Shown here piece after piece: positions 20,770 through 28,934 of a stretch of 43,975 bases of DNA. Numbering within the stretch: the stretch's first letter is position 1; every line of letters begins with the position of its first letter. Source of the DNA: a virus (lineage: Duplodnaviria > Heunggongvirae > Uroviricota > Caudoviricetes). The position numbers and the translations under genes were made by a program. The stretch covers positions 1 through 43,975 of the IMG/VR virus record IMGVR_UViG_3300013121_000002, one strand, 5' to 3'. The notes under the pieces are model-generated. The model saw nothing but the letters and a program-made list of their open reading frames with translations, had not been told where the DNA came from and did not search any database.

Positions 20770-21296
20770 TTAGCGTTTCCGCTTCCTTGGTCTGGGCGAC
20801 TTGGGCGGCTTGGGCGGCGTCGTGATCGGCTCGTCAGAGACGACCTCGCCGACCTTGTGTTGTGGCTTGCTGCCGAACATGGAATCGAACAGGGCTGGCG
20901 TTAGTGGGCGCTCCGCGATGTATTCGTTATCGGGGATCGCAATCGGCTTGACCGGAGGTTTCTCCGGTGGCTTCTCGTCGCCAGACTTGTTCACCCGAAC
21001 CATGTACGCGCGGTCGAGCAAACGAATGCAGTGACGAAACAGTTCCTCCTCCGCTTCGTCCATCCGGGCTTTAGCTACCCAGCGGTCGATTGCGGAGGAG
21101 GGGATCGGGCCAACCGCGCCATAACCGAGCGGTCGTTCCGTAGTCAGTTCCCAAAACGCTGCCAACCATTCACTCAGGCCGGGCAGCGTCTCAGGCGGAT
21201 AGAGGTCGTCGGGGATAGGCTCGCCCGCTTCCTCCAGTTCCTTGAGCTTGGCTTCGACCTCTGCGGCCGGGTGATCGAGAACCCAGTCGAGGGTCG
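20770..21296 (-). CDS. Tail assembly chaperone T part (reached by -1 frameshift from the G ORF)
   Basis: -1 frame after G GGA AAC reads GKLVATLDWVLDHP...; WLAAFWEL.TER..G..A.GPIP.SAI..W motif; no independent start near the boundary. Confidence 0.8.
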
Positions 21297-21713
21297 CTAC
21301 GAGTTTCCCGCGGAAACTTCCTTCGTCTCGGCGACGGCGCGATCCACATACTGGGCCGCCCACGTCACGGCGTCGGCGAAGGCGACAAAGTCGCGCGAGG
21401 TGAGCCACTGCTTGGCGAGCACCGGATCGTAGGGCAGCGGCTTGCCGTCCTGCGTGATGCCATCCCAGTCGAGCAACACCGCCTCGAACAGCACCTCACC
21501 GAGCACGGTGAGCGCCACGTCGGGCTTGAGCGTACCATCGCGCTCACGACCGGCCCGACTGACCTTGCGCTCCTTGCGCGACCGGACGGCGACGACGGTG
21601 GGCGAGGATAGGCCCCGGACCCGCAGGCGAACGTCGTCCATGTTCGGGATTTCGGACACCCACTCGCCTGCTTCGATGGCGTTGGTGTTCCGACGAATTG
21701 TGCTGATTTCCAT
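21297..21713 (-). CDS. Tail assembly chaperone G
   Basis: Follows the tail tube; GEWV..IP...DVRLRVRG and LLDWDGIT.DGKPLPY motifs; ends ...SAGNS at the slippery site. Confidence 0.85.
   Translation of the reverse strand: MEISTIRRNTNAIEAGEWVSEIPNMDDVRLRVRGLSSPTVVAVRSRKERKVSRAGRERDGTLKPDVALTVLGEVLFEAVLLDWDGITQDGKPLPYDPVLAKQWLTSRDFVAFADAVTWAAQYVDRAVAETKEVSAGNS
21303..21309 (-). other. -1 programmed ribosomal frameshift slippery site G GGA AAC
   Basis: X XXY YYZ heptamer one sense codon before the G stop (GCG GGA AAC TCG TAG); the -1 frame is open to 20770. Confidence 0.85.
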
Positions 21714-21736
21714 AACGTCTCCCCTTAGAAAGCATT

Positions 21737-21765
21737 ATAGCGGGGACCGGAATGGTCCCCGCTAT
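21737..21765. terminator. Perfect 12-bp hairpin after the tail tube gene (terminator or stabiliser)
   Basis: ATAGCGGGGACC-GGAAT-GGTCCCCGCTAT; the T-run is on the plus-strand side. Confidence 0.6.
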
Positions 21766-21786
21766 TTTCGTTAGCCGCTGAATTGA

Positions 21787-22242
21787 TTACGTCGCGGCGA
21801 CCGTCACGACATTCGAATTAATCTCGATTGACGCGTTCAGCGTCTGGATCGTGTTCGCGCCGCCGCCCGCTTCCTGCGCCGACATGACGAGGCCGATGAA
21901 ATAGCGCACCGAGCCGTCCTGTAGCAGAATCTTGAAAGCGTAGTTGTCGCGAACCTTCGACGCGGCGATGAGAGCAAGCTGCCCGGCGTCGGCGGCGATG
22001 ATCGCGAACGTGTTCTGCATCGAGCCCGCGTTGAACGTGCCCTTCTGCTTCGTCGTGCGTCCGCGGTTGATGAGGTCAGTCGAAATAAGCGCGGCGGTGT
22101 CGCCGACCGAGCCCATCGTCTGCCAGCCGTCGATCTCGACGAACGACAGCCCGGCGAAATCACTCGCCTCGAAATCATCGGTCTGATCAACGGTCTGCGG
22201 GCCGATGTAGATGCGCGAACCGGCAACAGGGTAGAGCGCCAT
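21787..22242 (-). CDS. Major tail tube protein
   Basis: MALYPVAGSRIYIG, G.VGDTA.LI, RGRT.KQKGT.NAGSM, RYFIGLVMS, L.ASIEINS motifs; strong AGGAG RBS. Confidence 0.9.
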   Translation of the reverse strand: MALYPVAGSRIYIGPQTVDQTDDFEASDFAGLSFVEIDGWQTMGSVGDTAALISTDLINRGRTTKQKGTFNAGSMQNTFAIIAADAGQLALIAASKVRDNYAFKILLQDGSVRYFIGLVMSAQEAGGGANTIQTLNASIEINSNVVTVAAT

Positions 22243-22267
22243 TTGAGTTCTCCTTGCTTGAGGGTTT

Positions 22268-22720
22268 TTACGGTTCGCTGAGCGAAATCGTCAGCGAAAC
22301 GGTACGCCCAACGATCTGCTCCTCATCGGACGCCATCGCTGATTGATGGCCCGAGGCGGCTGCCGAAGGGCCGTTGGCGATTATCTGGATCACATGCCAT
22401 CCGGGCACCGTGATGCTGGTCGGCTGGCGGTGGAACAGGTCACGGACGAGGTAGCCGAGTTCGTCAATGACCCGATAGTGCGCGGGCGTGTCGTTGCGCC
22501 CATAGATCGAAATGTCCCGCACAATGATCGGGCGGCTGTCGCTGATGCCATCCTCGTCGCCGTAGGCGATGTCGGACGACAGGACGATCATCGGATACGC
22601 TGCCAGCGAAGGAACCGGGCGGCGGGTAAACACCGCGTAGCCATCGAGGTAGCTCGCCAGCCGGATCACGATGTCGGTCGAGGCAACGATTGCATCACGA
22701 AGCGGTTCTGACAGGTCCAA
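22268..22720 (-). CDS. Tail terminator / completion protein (DUF3168-like)
   Basis: Start re-called at TTG 22720 with AGGAG upstream; AVF...P...A.YP.IV motif; precedes the tail tube. Confidence 0.75.
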   Translation of the reverse strand: MDLSEPLRDAIVASTDIVIRLASYLDGYAVFTRRPVPSLAAYPMIVLSSDIAYGDEDGISDSRPIIVRDISIYGRNDTPAHYRVIDELGYLVRDLFHRQPTSITVPGWHVIQIIANGPSAAASGHQSAMASDEEQIVGRTVSLTISLSEP

Positions 22721-22724
22721 TTCG

Positions 22725-23129
22725 TTAGCTCCTGAAGGAAACCGCAATCGACGATGCGATGATCCGCTCGATCTCGTCTTTCTTGTTCATTAGCGCCGGA
22801 CGCATGAACGGCCGGGGCTCCATGTTGCGCGTGCCGTACTCAAGGTACGGCGCATATTGTGATCGCGCAGTCACCGTGCCGGACAAGCTGCCGAAGTCGT
22901 AGTCCGTAGTGATGCTGTTGACGTTGAAGCCGGTGTCCGACGCTGGCGGCTCACCCGGAGCCGAAGCCCGGTGCGTGACGCTGCGACGGCGATAGATGCG
23001 GCCCGACTTCGGCGTATCGAGGATCAGCGAGATCGCCTCGGTGCGAACCAGTTCGGTCGCGGCAACGAGCCCCTGCGCTACAGCCTGTCTGGCGTGCTCC
23101 AGAACTTCGTCGCCGTACCAGATAACCAT
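22725..23129 (-). CDS. HK97 gp10-like neck protein
   Basis: ASAPGEPPASDTG, YAPYLEYGT.NMEPRPFMRPAL; start ATG 23129 coupled (TAATG) to the upstream stop. Confidence 0.9.
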   Translation of the reverse strand: MVIWYGDEVLEHARQAVAQGLVAATELVRTEAISLILDTPKSGRIYRRRSVTHRASAPGEPPASDTGFNVNSITTDYDFGSLSGTVTARSQYAPYLEYGTRNMEPRPFMRPALMNKKDEIERIIASSIAVSFRS

Positions 23130-23509
23130 TATGGTGCGTCGATCTCGTAGCACTGCAACGAGTAGGTCGCGCCAGCCGGATCGATGCCGATGATCCGGCG
23201 AACTTCATGCCACGCCCCGTTAATGAAAACCTTGTCACCCTTGCGCGGTTGCCCGGCCGCCGCAGCGAGTAGGCCCGCGATGATGAGCACCTTCACGTCC
23301 GTCTCCGGGATACCCGCGCCCGCGGCATACCCCGCATCGAACGTCTCGCGTATGCCCTCGAACGCGTAGGTCGTGACGGTCGGCGACACCGGGTCGCCAA
23401 AGCCGTTCGTCGTGGTGTGCGTCTCGCGCCGAAGCGTGCCCGGCAGGAGCTTGCCCTTGAAGCCCGCGGCGACCTGCTTCTTGATCGCGCTTTCGAGCAG
23501 CGAAACCAT
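23129..23509 (-). CDS. Head closure / stopper protein
   Basis: GTLRR..T....GDP...T.T.Y.F.G and D.KVLI.A.....P..GD motifs; synteny. Confidence 0.75.
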   Translation of the reverse strand: MVSLLESAIKKQVAAGFKGKLLPGTLRRETHTTTNGFGDPVSPTVTTYAFEGIRETFDAGYAAGAGIPETDVKVLIIAGLLAAAAGQPRKGDKVFINGAWHEVRRIIGIDPAGATYSLQCYEIDAP

Positions 23510-23850
23510 CAGGTCACCGGCAGCGTCGGCATCGCGCTCGCATCTTCGCGCAGCACGCCCTCGGCCTGCTTGAGCAGACGATCACGCGAGCCGCGCCGGG
23601 GCACGACGCCGCGCGTCGTCAGCCACTCGCGAAGCTGGTCGTCGTTGAGCCCGGTGAGGTAGGCGGCCGGGCCGCTCTCCTGCTTCGCCATCGTAACGAA
23701 ACGCTGGTCGTAAAGCTGACGCAGGCGACGCTCATCGACCTTGGACTTGTCGAACGGTGTGTTGGGCACCATCGCCTTGCCATGCGCCACGAACGGACGC
23801 TGGACGACGAAGTCGCGGGACGGATCGAACTTGGGCTTTGGGCTGTACAT
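23509..23850 (-). CDS. Hypothetical protein between major capsid and head closure genes
   Basis: 113-aa ORF with a GGAGAGG RBS and TGATG coupling to the next gene. Confidence 0.65.
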   Translation of the reverse strand: MYSPKPKFDPSRDFVVQRPFVAHGKAMVPNTPFDKSKVDERRLRQLYDQRFVTMAKQESGPAAYLTGLNDDQLREWLTTRGVVPRRGSRDRLLKQAEGVLREDASAMPTLPVT

Positions 23851-23880
23851 GAATTGATTTCCTCTCCCCTGACGAAATCA

Positions 23881-23911
23881 GGGTCGGCCCCGGTTTTAGC
23901 AGGGCCGACCC
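23881..23911. terminator. Hairpin after the major capsid gene
   Basis: GGGTCGGCCC-N11-GGGCCGACCC; only a weak U-run on the coding strand. Confidence 0.6.
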
Positions 23912-23935
23912 GATGTAGCAGATAGCCTTCGGAAG

Positions 23936-24925
23936 CTAGGCGATGACCTGACCGAAGAACACGCCGAGGTCGGCAGCGACCTGCTTCAAGTCCCACGCCA
24001 TGCGGTTCTGGAAGTAGTCGCTGTGCGCCCGGTCGTCCCGGCCGCGCTCCATGACGCCGCCGATGGCGTTGGTCAGGCCGGGGACGAGCCCGGTCCAAGC
24101 GAAGTTCGCGATGGCGGTCGGCGAATCGAGGCCGGGGTTCGGCTCGATGTAGCAGAGCAGCATCGCCTTCTTGTCGAGGATGTAGTCGAAGTTGTCGGTC
24201 GCACCCTCGTTGGCGTTGTTGAAAATCGAGCGAGCCACGAACACGTTCGGCACCTCGAAAAGCTGACCAAGGATGTCCTCGTCGGCGATGCCCGTCCGCG
24301 TGTACTTGATGCGGTCGGCGATGTCCGGGTGCGAGCGAAGGGTCCGCTTCACGTCCGAACCCATGATGAGGGTGTTCGGCATGAACCCGGTCTTTTCGTG
24401 CATCGTGTCCTTCCACTGGTCGATGACGCCGATGGGGTCGGAGTTGGTGCCGTCGTTGAACTGAATGAACTGGGTCGCGGACGGCGACGAGACAACGCCG
24501 GTCGCCTCGGTGGACCACTTGCCGGTGGCGAAGAAGCTGGTCGCCCAAACGCGATCCTGCTTAATCATCTGCTTCTGCGTGAGCAGAATGGTGGCGTTCT
24601 CGTCGAGCCGGATCGGCTCATCGACGTTGGAACGCTGCCGGTCATCGACGACGTGCTCCAGCGCATACTCGACCGCGCTGTAGGAGCCCTCGCCGAGCTT
24701 GTAGCCGACCTGCTTCGGCCGACCGCCGAGCGGGCGCGGCCCGGATTCATCCCGCCAAAAATAACCGCGGTCGTACACGACGTACTTGTCGGTCTGCTTG
24801 ACGACCGGGATGACACGGGCGGCGCGCTGAGCCACGAAGTTGCGCCGGTCCTGCACATAGTTGACCGAGAACCCGGTGAGGTAACGATCAACGTGAAGCG
24901 TGCCTTCAATGTTTGCGGCAGGCAT
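23936..24925 (-). CDS. Major capsid protein (HK97 fold, lambda gpE-like family)
   Basis: HVDRYLTGFSV.Y, IPV.KQ...Y..Y, SDPI..I, PNTLIMG, ED.L..LFEV motifs; 329 aa; follows scaffold and decoration genes. Confidence 0.9.
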   Translation of the reverse strand: MPAANIEGTLHVDRYLTGFSVNYVQDRRNFVAQRAARVIPVVKQTDKYVVYDRGYFWRDESGPRPLGGRPKQVGYKLGEGSYSAVEYALEHVVDDRQRSNVDEPIRLDENATILLTQKQMIKQDRVWATSFFATGKWSTEATGVVSSPSATQFIQFNDGTNSDPIGVIDQWKDTMHEKTGFMPNTLIMGSDVKRTLRSHPDIADRIKYTRTGIADEDILGQLFEVPNVFVARSIFNNANEGATDNFDYILDKKAMLLCYIEPNPGLDSPTAIANFAWTGLVPGLTNAIGGVMERGRDDRAHSDYFQNRMAWDLKQVAADLGVFFGQVIA

Positions 24926-25024
24926 TCGTTTTCTCCTGATTGCTGTAGGGCGAATGCCCTGATCTGGTTAACGATTAGAGGATCAGCGCAGCGCGCTACC
25001 TCGGTTCAGTACAGGGCCGTTTGT

Positions 25025-25393
25025 TTACGGCACGCGGCCCGACAGGAGCGCGACGGCGACGATTTCATTCGCGCCACCGGAAACCTCCAGTGCGATGCCG
25101 ATGACCTCGTTGCCGGTGGACGCGGTCGTGAGCTTGCCGTTGCCGTCCGACGCCAGCATCACACCGGCATTGAACGCACCAGCCGCGATGGCCTTGGCGA
25201 TGCCGCCGAACTGCACCGTCACCGGCTTGTTCTCGACCGCGGCCTCCGTGATGATGCCGAGCGCGGCTTCACCAGCACCGGCCAGAACGATGTCGCCATC
25301 GGTGTCAACCTTGGCGGCGTAGTAGAGCTTGGCCGACAGGTCCGCGCCTGCGTTTCGCGCATACGACAGACCAACATCAAGAGCGAAGGACAT
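25025..25393 (-). CDS. Capsid decoration/cement protein (DUF2190-like)
   Basis: AG.DLS...Y..AK, A.GI...A....PVTV...G.AK..A.GA..AG..LASD.NGK motif. Confidence 0.85.
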   Translation of the reverse strand: MSFALDVGLSYARNAGADLSAKLYYAAKVDTDGDIVLAGAGEAALGIITEAAVENKPVTVQFGGIAKAIAAGAFNAGVMLASDGNGKLTTASTGNEVIGIALEVSGGANEIVAVALLSGRVP

Positions 25394-25462
25394 TTGATTT
25401 TTCTCCTTAGAGGGGTTGCTTGCCGCTTCGCCTCACCAGCTAACCAATACTTGGCCGGGAGC

Positions 25463-25512
25463 GGCTAGGTCTGGCAGGGTCCGGTATGGCTCGGCAGTGT
25501 GTGGTTAGGCGG
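25463..25512. repeat. Period-5 GGNNN array (10 units) in the scaffold-decoration intergenic gap
   Basis: ggcta ggtct ggcag ggtcc ggtat ggctc ggcag tgtgt ggtta ggcgg; 9 of 10 units start with GG. Confidence 0.75.
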
Positions 25513-25538
25513 GAACCGCGAGGTTCCCGCCCAATTCG

Positions 25539-26708
25539 TTAGTTCGCGTCGCCCTGATAGGCGCGGAAATCATCCGGGAAATCGGTGCGAGCCTTCTGCA
25601 ACGCCTCGGTACGCGACAGACGCGGATTGGCGGCGCGGACCTCATCGACCCGCTTCTCGAAATTCCTCGCCGCCGCCTTGGCAGCATCGCGCGAGCCGAT
25701 GGTGCTGAACGCACCCTTGATCGCGGCGTCACCGGCCTTGAGCATGGCGGCCAGCGCGTCGCCGGTCGCCTTGTCCATGCCGCCGATGGCCTTGAGCACC
25801 TTGGCCTTGACGGCAGTCTCGCCGGGTAGGTTGCCGAGTTCGTCAGCGGCGCGCTTCTCCAGCGCCTCCGTCTCGCGCAGATCGCGCTCCTTGGCGAGGT
25901 CGGACTGCGCCTTGGCGATGTCCTCGGCCTGCGCCTTCATGACGGCGAACACGTCGGGGCCGACCACCGACTTGCGGATCGTGCGACCGGCAATGACAAC
26001 CGTCTCGTCGCCCGAGGCAGCCTTGGCGATGTCGGCGGCGCGATCCGGGGCGGCCTTGGCGAGGAAGCCCGCCTTGTCGGCGTCCGGCAGCGCGTTGTAG
26101 TGCGCCTTCTCCACATCGGTGAGAGCAGCAATGGCCTTGAGCGTGTCACGCTCGGCAGTCATGGCCTTGAGCGCGTCGGAAGCCTCCTTCGCCGACTTGG
26201 CGACGAGAGCTTCCTTCTCGCCGGACGACTTGGCGAGATCGTTGAGGCGCTTCGTGAGGTCGGCGACCTCCGCAGAAAGCTGGTCCGCGGTCTTGTTCAT
26301 TTCATTTGCTCCTTGTTCGATGAGTTTCGATAGTTCTTCCTCGACCTCGGGCCATTTCGTTCGCGCAATAGCCATGAACTCCTCAACCGAGGTGCGCATC
26401 ATGGTCTGCTTGGCGTTCGGGTCGAGGTTGCCATCGGCCGCGATTGACCGCAGCGATCCCTCCAGCGCGTAAATGGCAGGTCCAAGAACCTCCATCACCT
26501 CGCCGAGTTTCTTTTCCTCCTCCTCCTGCGTGAGGAGTTCGGAGAACGTCTTGGCCCCAGAGCCCACGGACGGCCAATACTTGAGAACGGCATCGACCAC
26601 GTCAGCGGGCTTCCGCTTCAAAATGGCCGCCAGCGCGGGCTCCTGCGCCGGGCGATCAACTGCCGAAATTTCGTTTAGCTTGAAAGCCTTCATCCGCCGA
26701 CGCTGCAT
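25539..26708 (-). CDS. Capsid scaffolding protein; N-terminus carries an EISAVDRPAQ protease-type strand
   Basis: Ala/Lys/Glu-rich coiled-coil ORF between protease and capsid genes, with many hydrophobic-x-K motifs. Confidence 0.75.
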   Translation of the reverse strand: MQRRRMKAFKLNEISAVDRPAQEPALAAILKRKPADVVDAVLKYWPSVGSGAKTFSELLTQEEEEKKLGEVMEVLGPAIYALEGSLRSIAADGNLDPNAKQTMMRTSVEEFMAIARTKWPEVEEELSKLIEQGANEMNKTADQLSAEVADLTKRLNDLAKSSGEKEALVAKSAKEASDALKAMTAERDTLKAIAALTDVEKAHYNALPDADKAGFLAKAAPDRAADIAKAASGDETVVIAGRTIRKSVVGPDVFAVMKAQAEDIAKAQSDLAKERDLRETEALEKRAADELGNLPGETAVKAKVLKAIGGMDKATGDALAAMLKAGDAAIKGAFSTIGSRDAAKAAARNFEKRVDEVRAANPRLSRTEALQKARTDFPDDFRAYQGDAN

Positions 26709-26729
26709 CTGCGTTCACTCCCGAATTGG

Positions 26730-27791
26730 TTAGTCCACATCTTCATCGACGAGGCGGGAGCCCCCAATCGAGAAGCCCGTGAACTCGCCCGAGCGAAACT
26801 TGTTGAGCAGCACGTCGCTGTCCGGCCGCATCGCGATCATCAGGCCGGTCTGGCGCGTCTCAAGCCCCATTGCCTTGGCGATGTCGGCGGTGACGGGAAA
26901 CGCAAATACAATTTTCCCGATTTCATCGCCAACGTGCATTTCCTTAGCAACGCGACTGTCAAGCATGAAGTCTGTTGCGGCCTTGAGCATCGAGTCCTCG
27001 GGGATGTGGTCGCCCTGAACGTCGAAATACTCCTCGCCGTCGATCTTGCTAACGATTGCCCAGCCGAACACCAGCCCGAGGCTATCGTCAACTTTAATGA
27101 ATTGGACCTTCTCGACCATGCGATCTTTCCAGCCCTCGTCGATTTCCTTGAACTCCTCAGGACCGAACAACAGGTCGCCCGTGAAGGGCTGCACCTTGCT
27201 CAGGTCCACACCGGCCGCATCCCATGTGACCGTGACGTGCGGCTGGTAGCCTTCCCAATCCCACGACGCCCCGGCGTCCTTGAGTGCGGCCCAACGCTCC
27301 GCGAGATCGGGCGACGCAAACTTCAGTACGACCGCCCCACCATCACCGAGCGGGGTCACGCTTCGCTTGCCGCCGCGCACCATCATCGTCGCGACGTTCG
27401 ACGGCGACGGCCACTCCAGCGGCGTCTTGCTGTAGGCGATGGTGACGTGCATATCCTCGGCGGGCATCGTCGTCGGGAAGCCCTGCGCCTTCGCCCACTC
27501 GATGAGCTTGTCAGCGTTCAGCAGGGGCCGGTTGACGTACAGGGTCTTGCCTGCCGCGAACTTGAACACCTCGGCGAAGGATCGAGCGGTTGTCTTGCGA
27601 ACCCACTGACCGCCGTCCTTGGGCTTCTCCCAGCCGTTCCGCACCGCGGTCCATGCTGATCCGAAGGCTGCCGATTCGCTCTTGTCGTTGGCGAGCGAGG
27701 CGTTGACCACCTGCCGAAAACGGGTCTGCGCATCAGCCGGTAGCGCGTCGCGCACCGCCTGTGGAAGGTCCGCGTTCGTCGAGTATGGCAC
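26730..27791 (-). CDS. Fusion: ChaB + 2H phosphodiesterase (Acb1/T4 gp57B-like) + XkdF-like prohead serine protease
   Basis: ChaB: MPYSTNADLP..VR..LP..AQ..FR...N.....AF..AW.AV. 2H motifs: DMHVTIAYSK and YQPHVTVTW. Protease: GLVFGWA, D.QGD.IP, KEMH, FTGFSIGG. Confidence 0.85.
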   Translation of the reverse strand: MPYSTNADLPQAVRDALPADAQTRFRQVVNASLANDKSESAAFGSAWTAVRNGWEKPKDGGQWVRKTTARSFAEVFKFAAGKTLYVNRPLLNADKLIEWAKAQGFPTTMPAEDMHVTIAYSKTPLEWPSPSNVATMMVRGGKRSVTPLGDGGAVVLKFASPDLAERWAALKDAGASWDWEGYQPHVTVTWDAAGVDLSKVQPFTGDLLFGPEEFKEIDEGWKDRMVEKVQFIKVDDSLGLVFGWAIVSKIDGEEYFDVQGDHIPEDSMLKAATDFMLDSRVAKEMHVGDEIGKIVFAFPVTADIAKAMGLETRQTGLMIAMRPDSDVLLNKFRSGEFTGFSIGGSRLVDEDVD

Positions 27792-27825
27792 CTGTCGGTG
27801 TTCCTGTCCGGGGACGCTACCGCAG

Positions 27826-27915
27826 CCCCGGTTGGAAACTCCTACCCGAAGCCAGCTAGTAGGCTGCCGCTATATGCAGGAAACCCCAAACAGACAAACT
27901 ACCCCGTTTGGAAAC
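27826..27915 (-). promoter_or_regulatory. Candidate promoter flanked by 14-bp direct repeats, upstream of the protease-capsid operon
   Basis: Minus strand TTGTCT (27897-27892), 17 nt, TATAGC (27874-27869); repeats GTTTCCAAACGGGG (27915-27902) and GTTTCCAACCGGGG (27839-27826). Confidence 0.5.
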
Positions 27916-27918
27916 CAA

Positions 27919-28890
27919 TCACTCGACAGCCTCGGAACGGATTTCAACGGCGACGACACACCGGCAATTTATTACCGTTTCGGCTGGAGCGGTCATATCG
28001 CCGGGGTACATCAGCAGGTTCCCAAGCCCGTCCTCAAATGGCTCATCCATGCCGCGTTCCTGCAAGTCCATCGACGCGTGGTGATCGCGGGTCCGGGCGT
28101 CCGGCGTCGAACGCCAGATGCGCACCACGCGGCTCTTGGGCAGGCCAACCTGCTCGACCACCTGCCGCACACTCTCATCGCGCGCCTCGTTGACCGTCCG
28201 CAGCATTTCTGTCCGGGCGATGGTTTCCGAGCGCATCATCAGCGCCCGGTCGCGGTAGCGTTCCACCATGCGGTCGATCTGTGCCGACGATAGCGGGGTC
28301 TGGTTGGTGATCGCGGCGCTGACCGTGCGGTCGAAGCGCCTGTCGCGGAGATCGCGCGCCAGTGCCTCGGCCGAGCCGTTCTCCAGCAGGCGGCGATAGT
28401 TGTTGACGGCAGCGTACTGGCCGGTCGTCAGGCCAATGCTATCCCGGAACACACGCGCCGCAGCCACCGGGCCAAGCCCACGTTCGAGCGCGCCGGTCAT
28501 CGCCACCCGCAACGTCTCCCGCTGCTGCTCACGCAGCGCCTGCACGAACTGAAGCGTCGAGTTCCGCATCAGTCCGGCCGCGCGAGGGTTGGTCGGATCG
28601 AAGGCAATCCCGATAGCCGGGTAGCGCGAGCGCAGCGCCGCGGCGAGATGGGCAGCTTCAGCGCCGCCTACCGCCTGAAACGCATCGGCGATCACGGTGC
28701 CGAGACGAACGATGTGGCTGTCGATCACCGCCATCGCGCCGCTGAGATCACCCGCCTCCAGATAATCGGCGATCTCGCGCACGACATAGTCGCTGCGCGT
28801 GTTCCTGAGAAATTCGAGGAAGGCTTCCTGAACGACCACCTCCTGCTGACGTAGCAGGCGGTCAAGGCGTAGTTGCTCGGCGCTCGGCAT
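27919..28890 (-). CDS. Minor head protein (MuF / SPP1 gp7-like)
   Basis: RSETIARTE, W.STPDARTRDHH..MD...R.MDEPF......L.YPGD...P..E.INCRC. Confidence 0.92.
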   Translation of the reverse strand: MPSAEQLRLDRLLRQQEVVVQEAFLEFLRNTRSDYVVREIADYLEAGDLSGAMAVIDSHIVRLGTVIADAFQAVGGAEAAHLAAALRSRYPAIGIAFDPTNPRAAGLMRNSTLQFVQALREQQRETLRVAMTGALERGLGPVAAARVFRDSIGLTTGQYAAVNNYRRLLENGSAEALARDLRDRRFDRTVSAAITNQTPLSSAQIDRMVERYRDRALMMRSETIARTEMLRTVNEARDESVRQVVEQVGLPKSRVVRIWRSTPDARTRDHHASMDLQERGMDEPFEDGLGNLLMYPGDMTAPAETVINCRCVVAVEIRSEAVE

Positions 28891-28934
28891 GTGGACTACC
28901 TCTCCGTTCTAGGTAGAGATCGATCCTAGCGCGT

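Noticed and set aside
21297-21408. Independent start for the tail chaperone T ORF at 21408
   Set aside because: It lies inside gene G without an RBS; the -1 slippery site explains the ORF.
24023-25468. 481-aa plus-strand ORF opposite the capsid and decoration genes, and many similar antisense ORFs in the track
   Set aside because: Shadow ORFs expected from high GC3 on the coding strand; no RBS, motifs or plausible composition.
27826-27915. GTTTCCAA-starting repeats resembling a CRISPR repeat end
   Set aside because: Only two 14-bp copies 76 bp apart, no array and no cas genes; treated as operators.
27798-28193. 131-aa plus-strand ORF spanning the MuF-protease gap
   Set aside because: Antisense to MuF, low-complexity translation, and it overlaps the candidate promoter.
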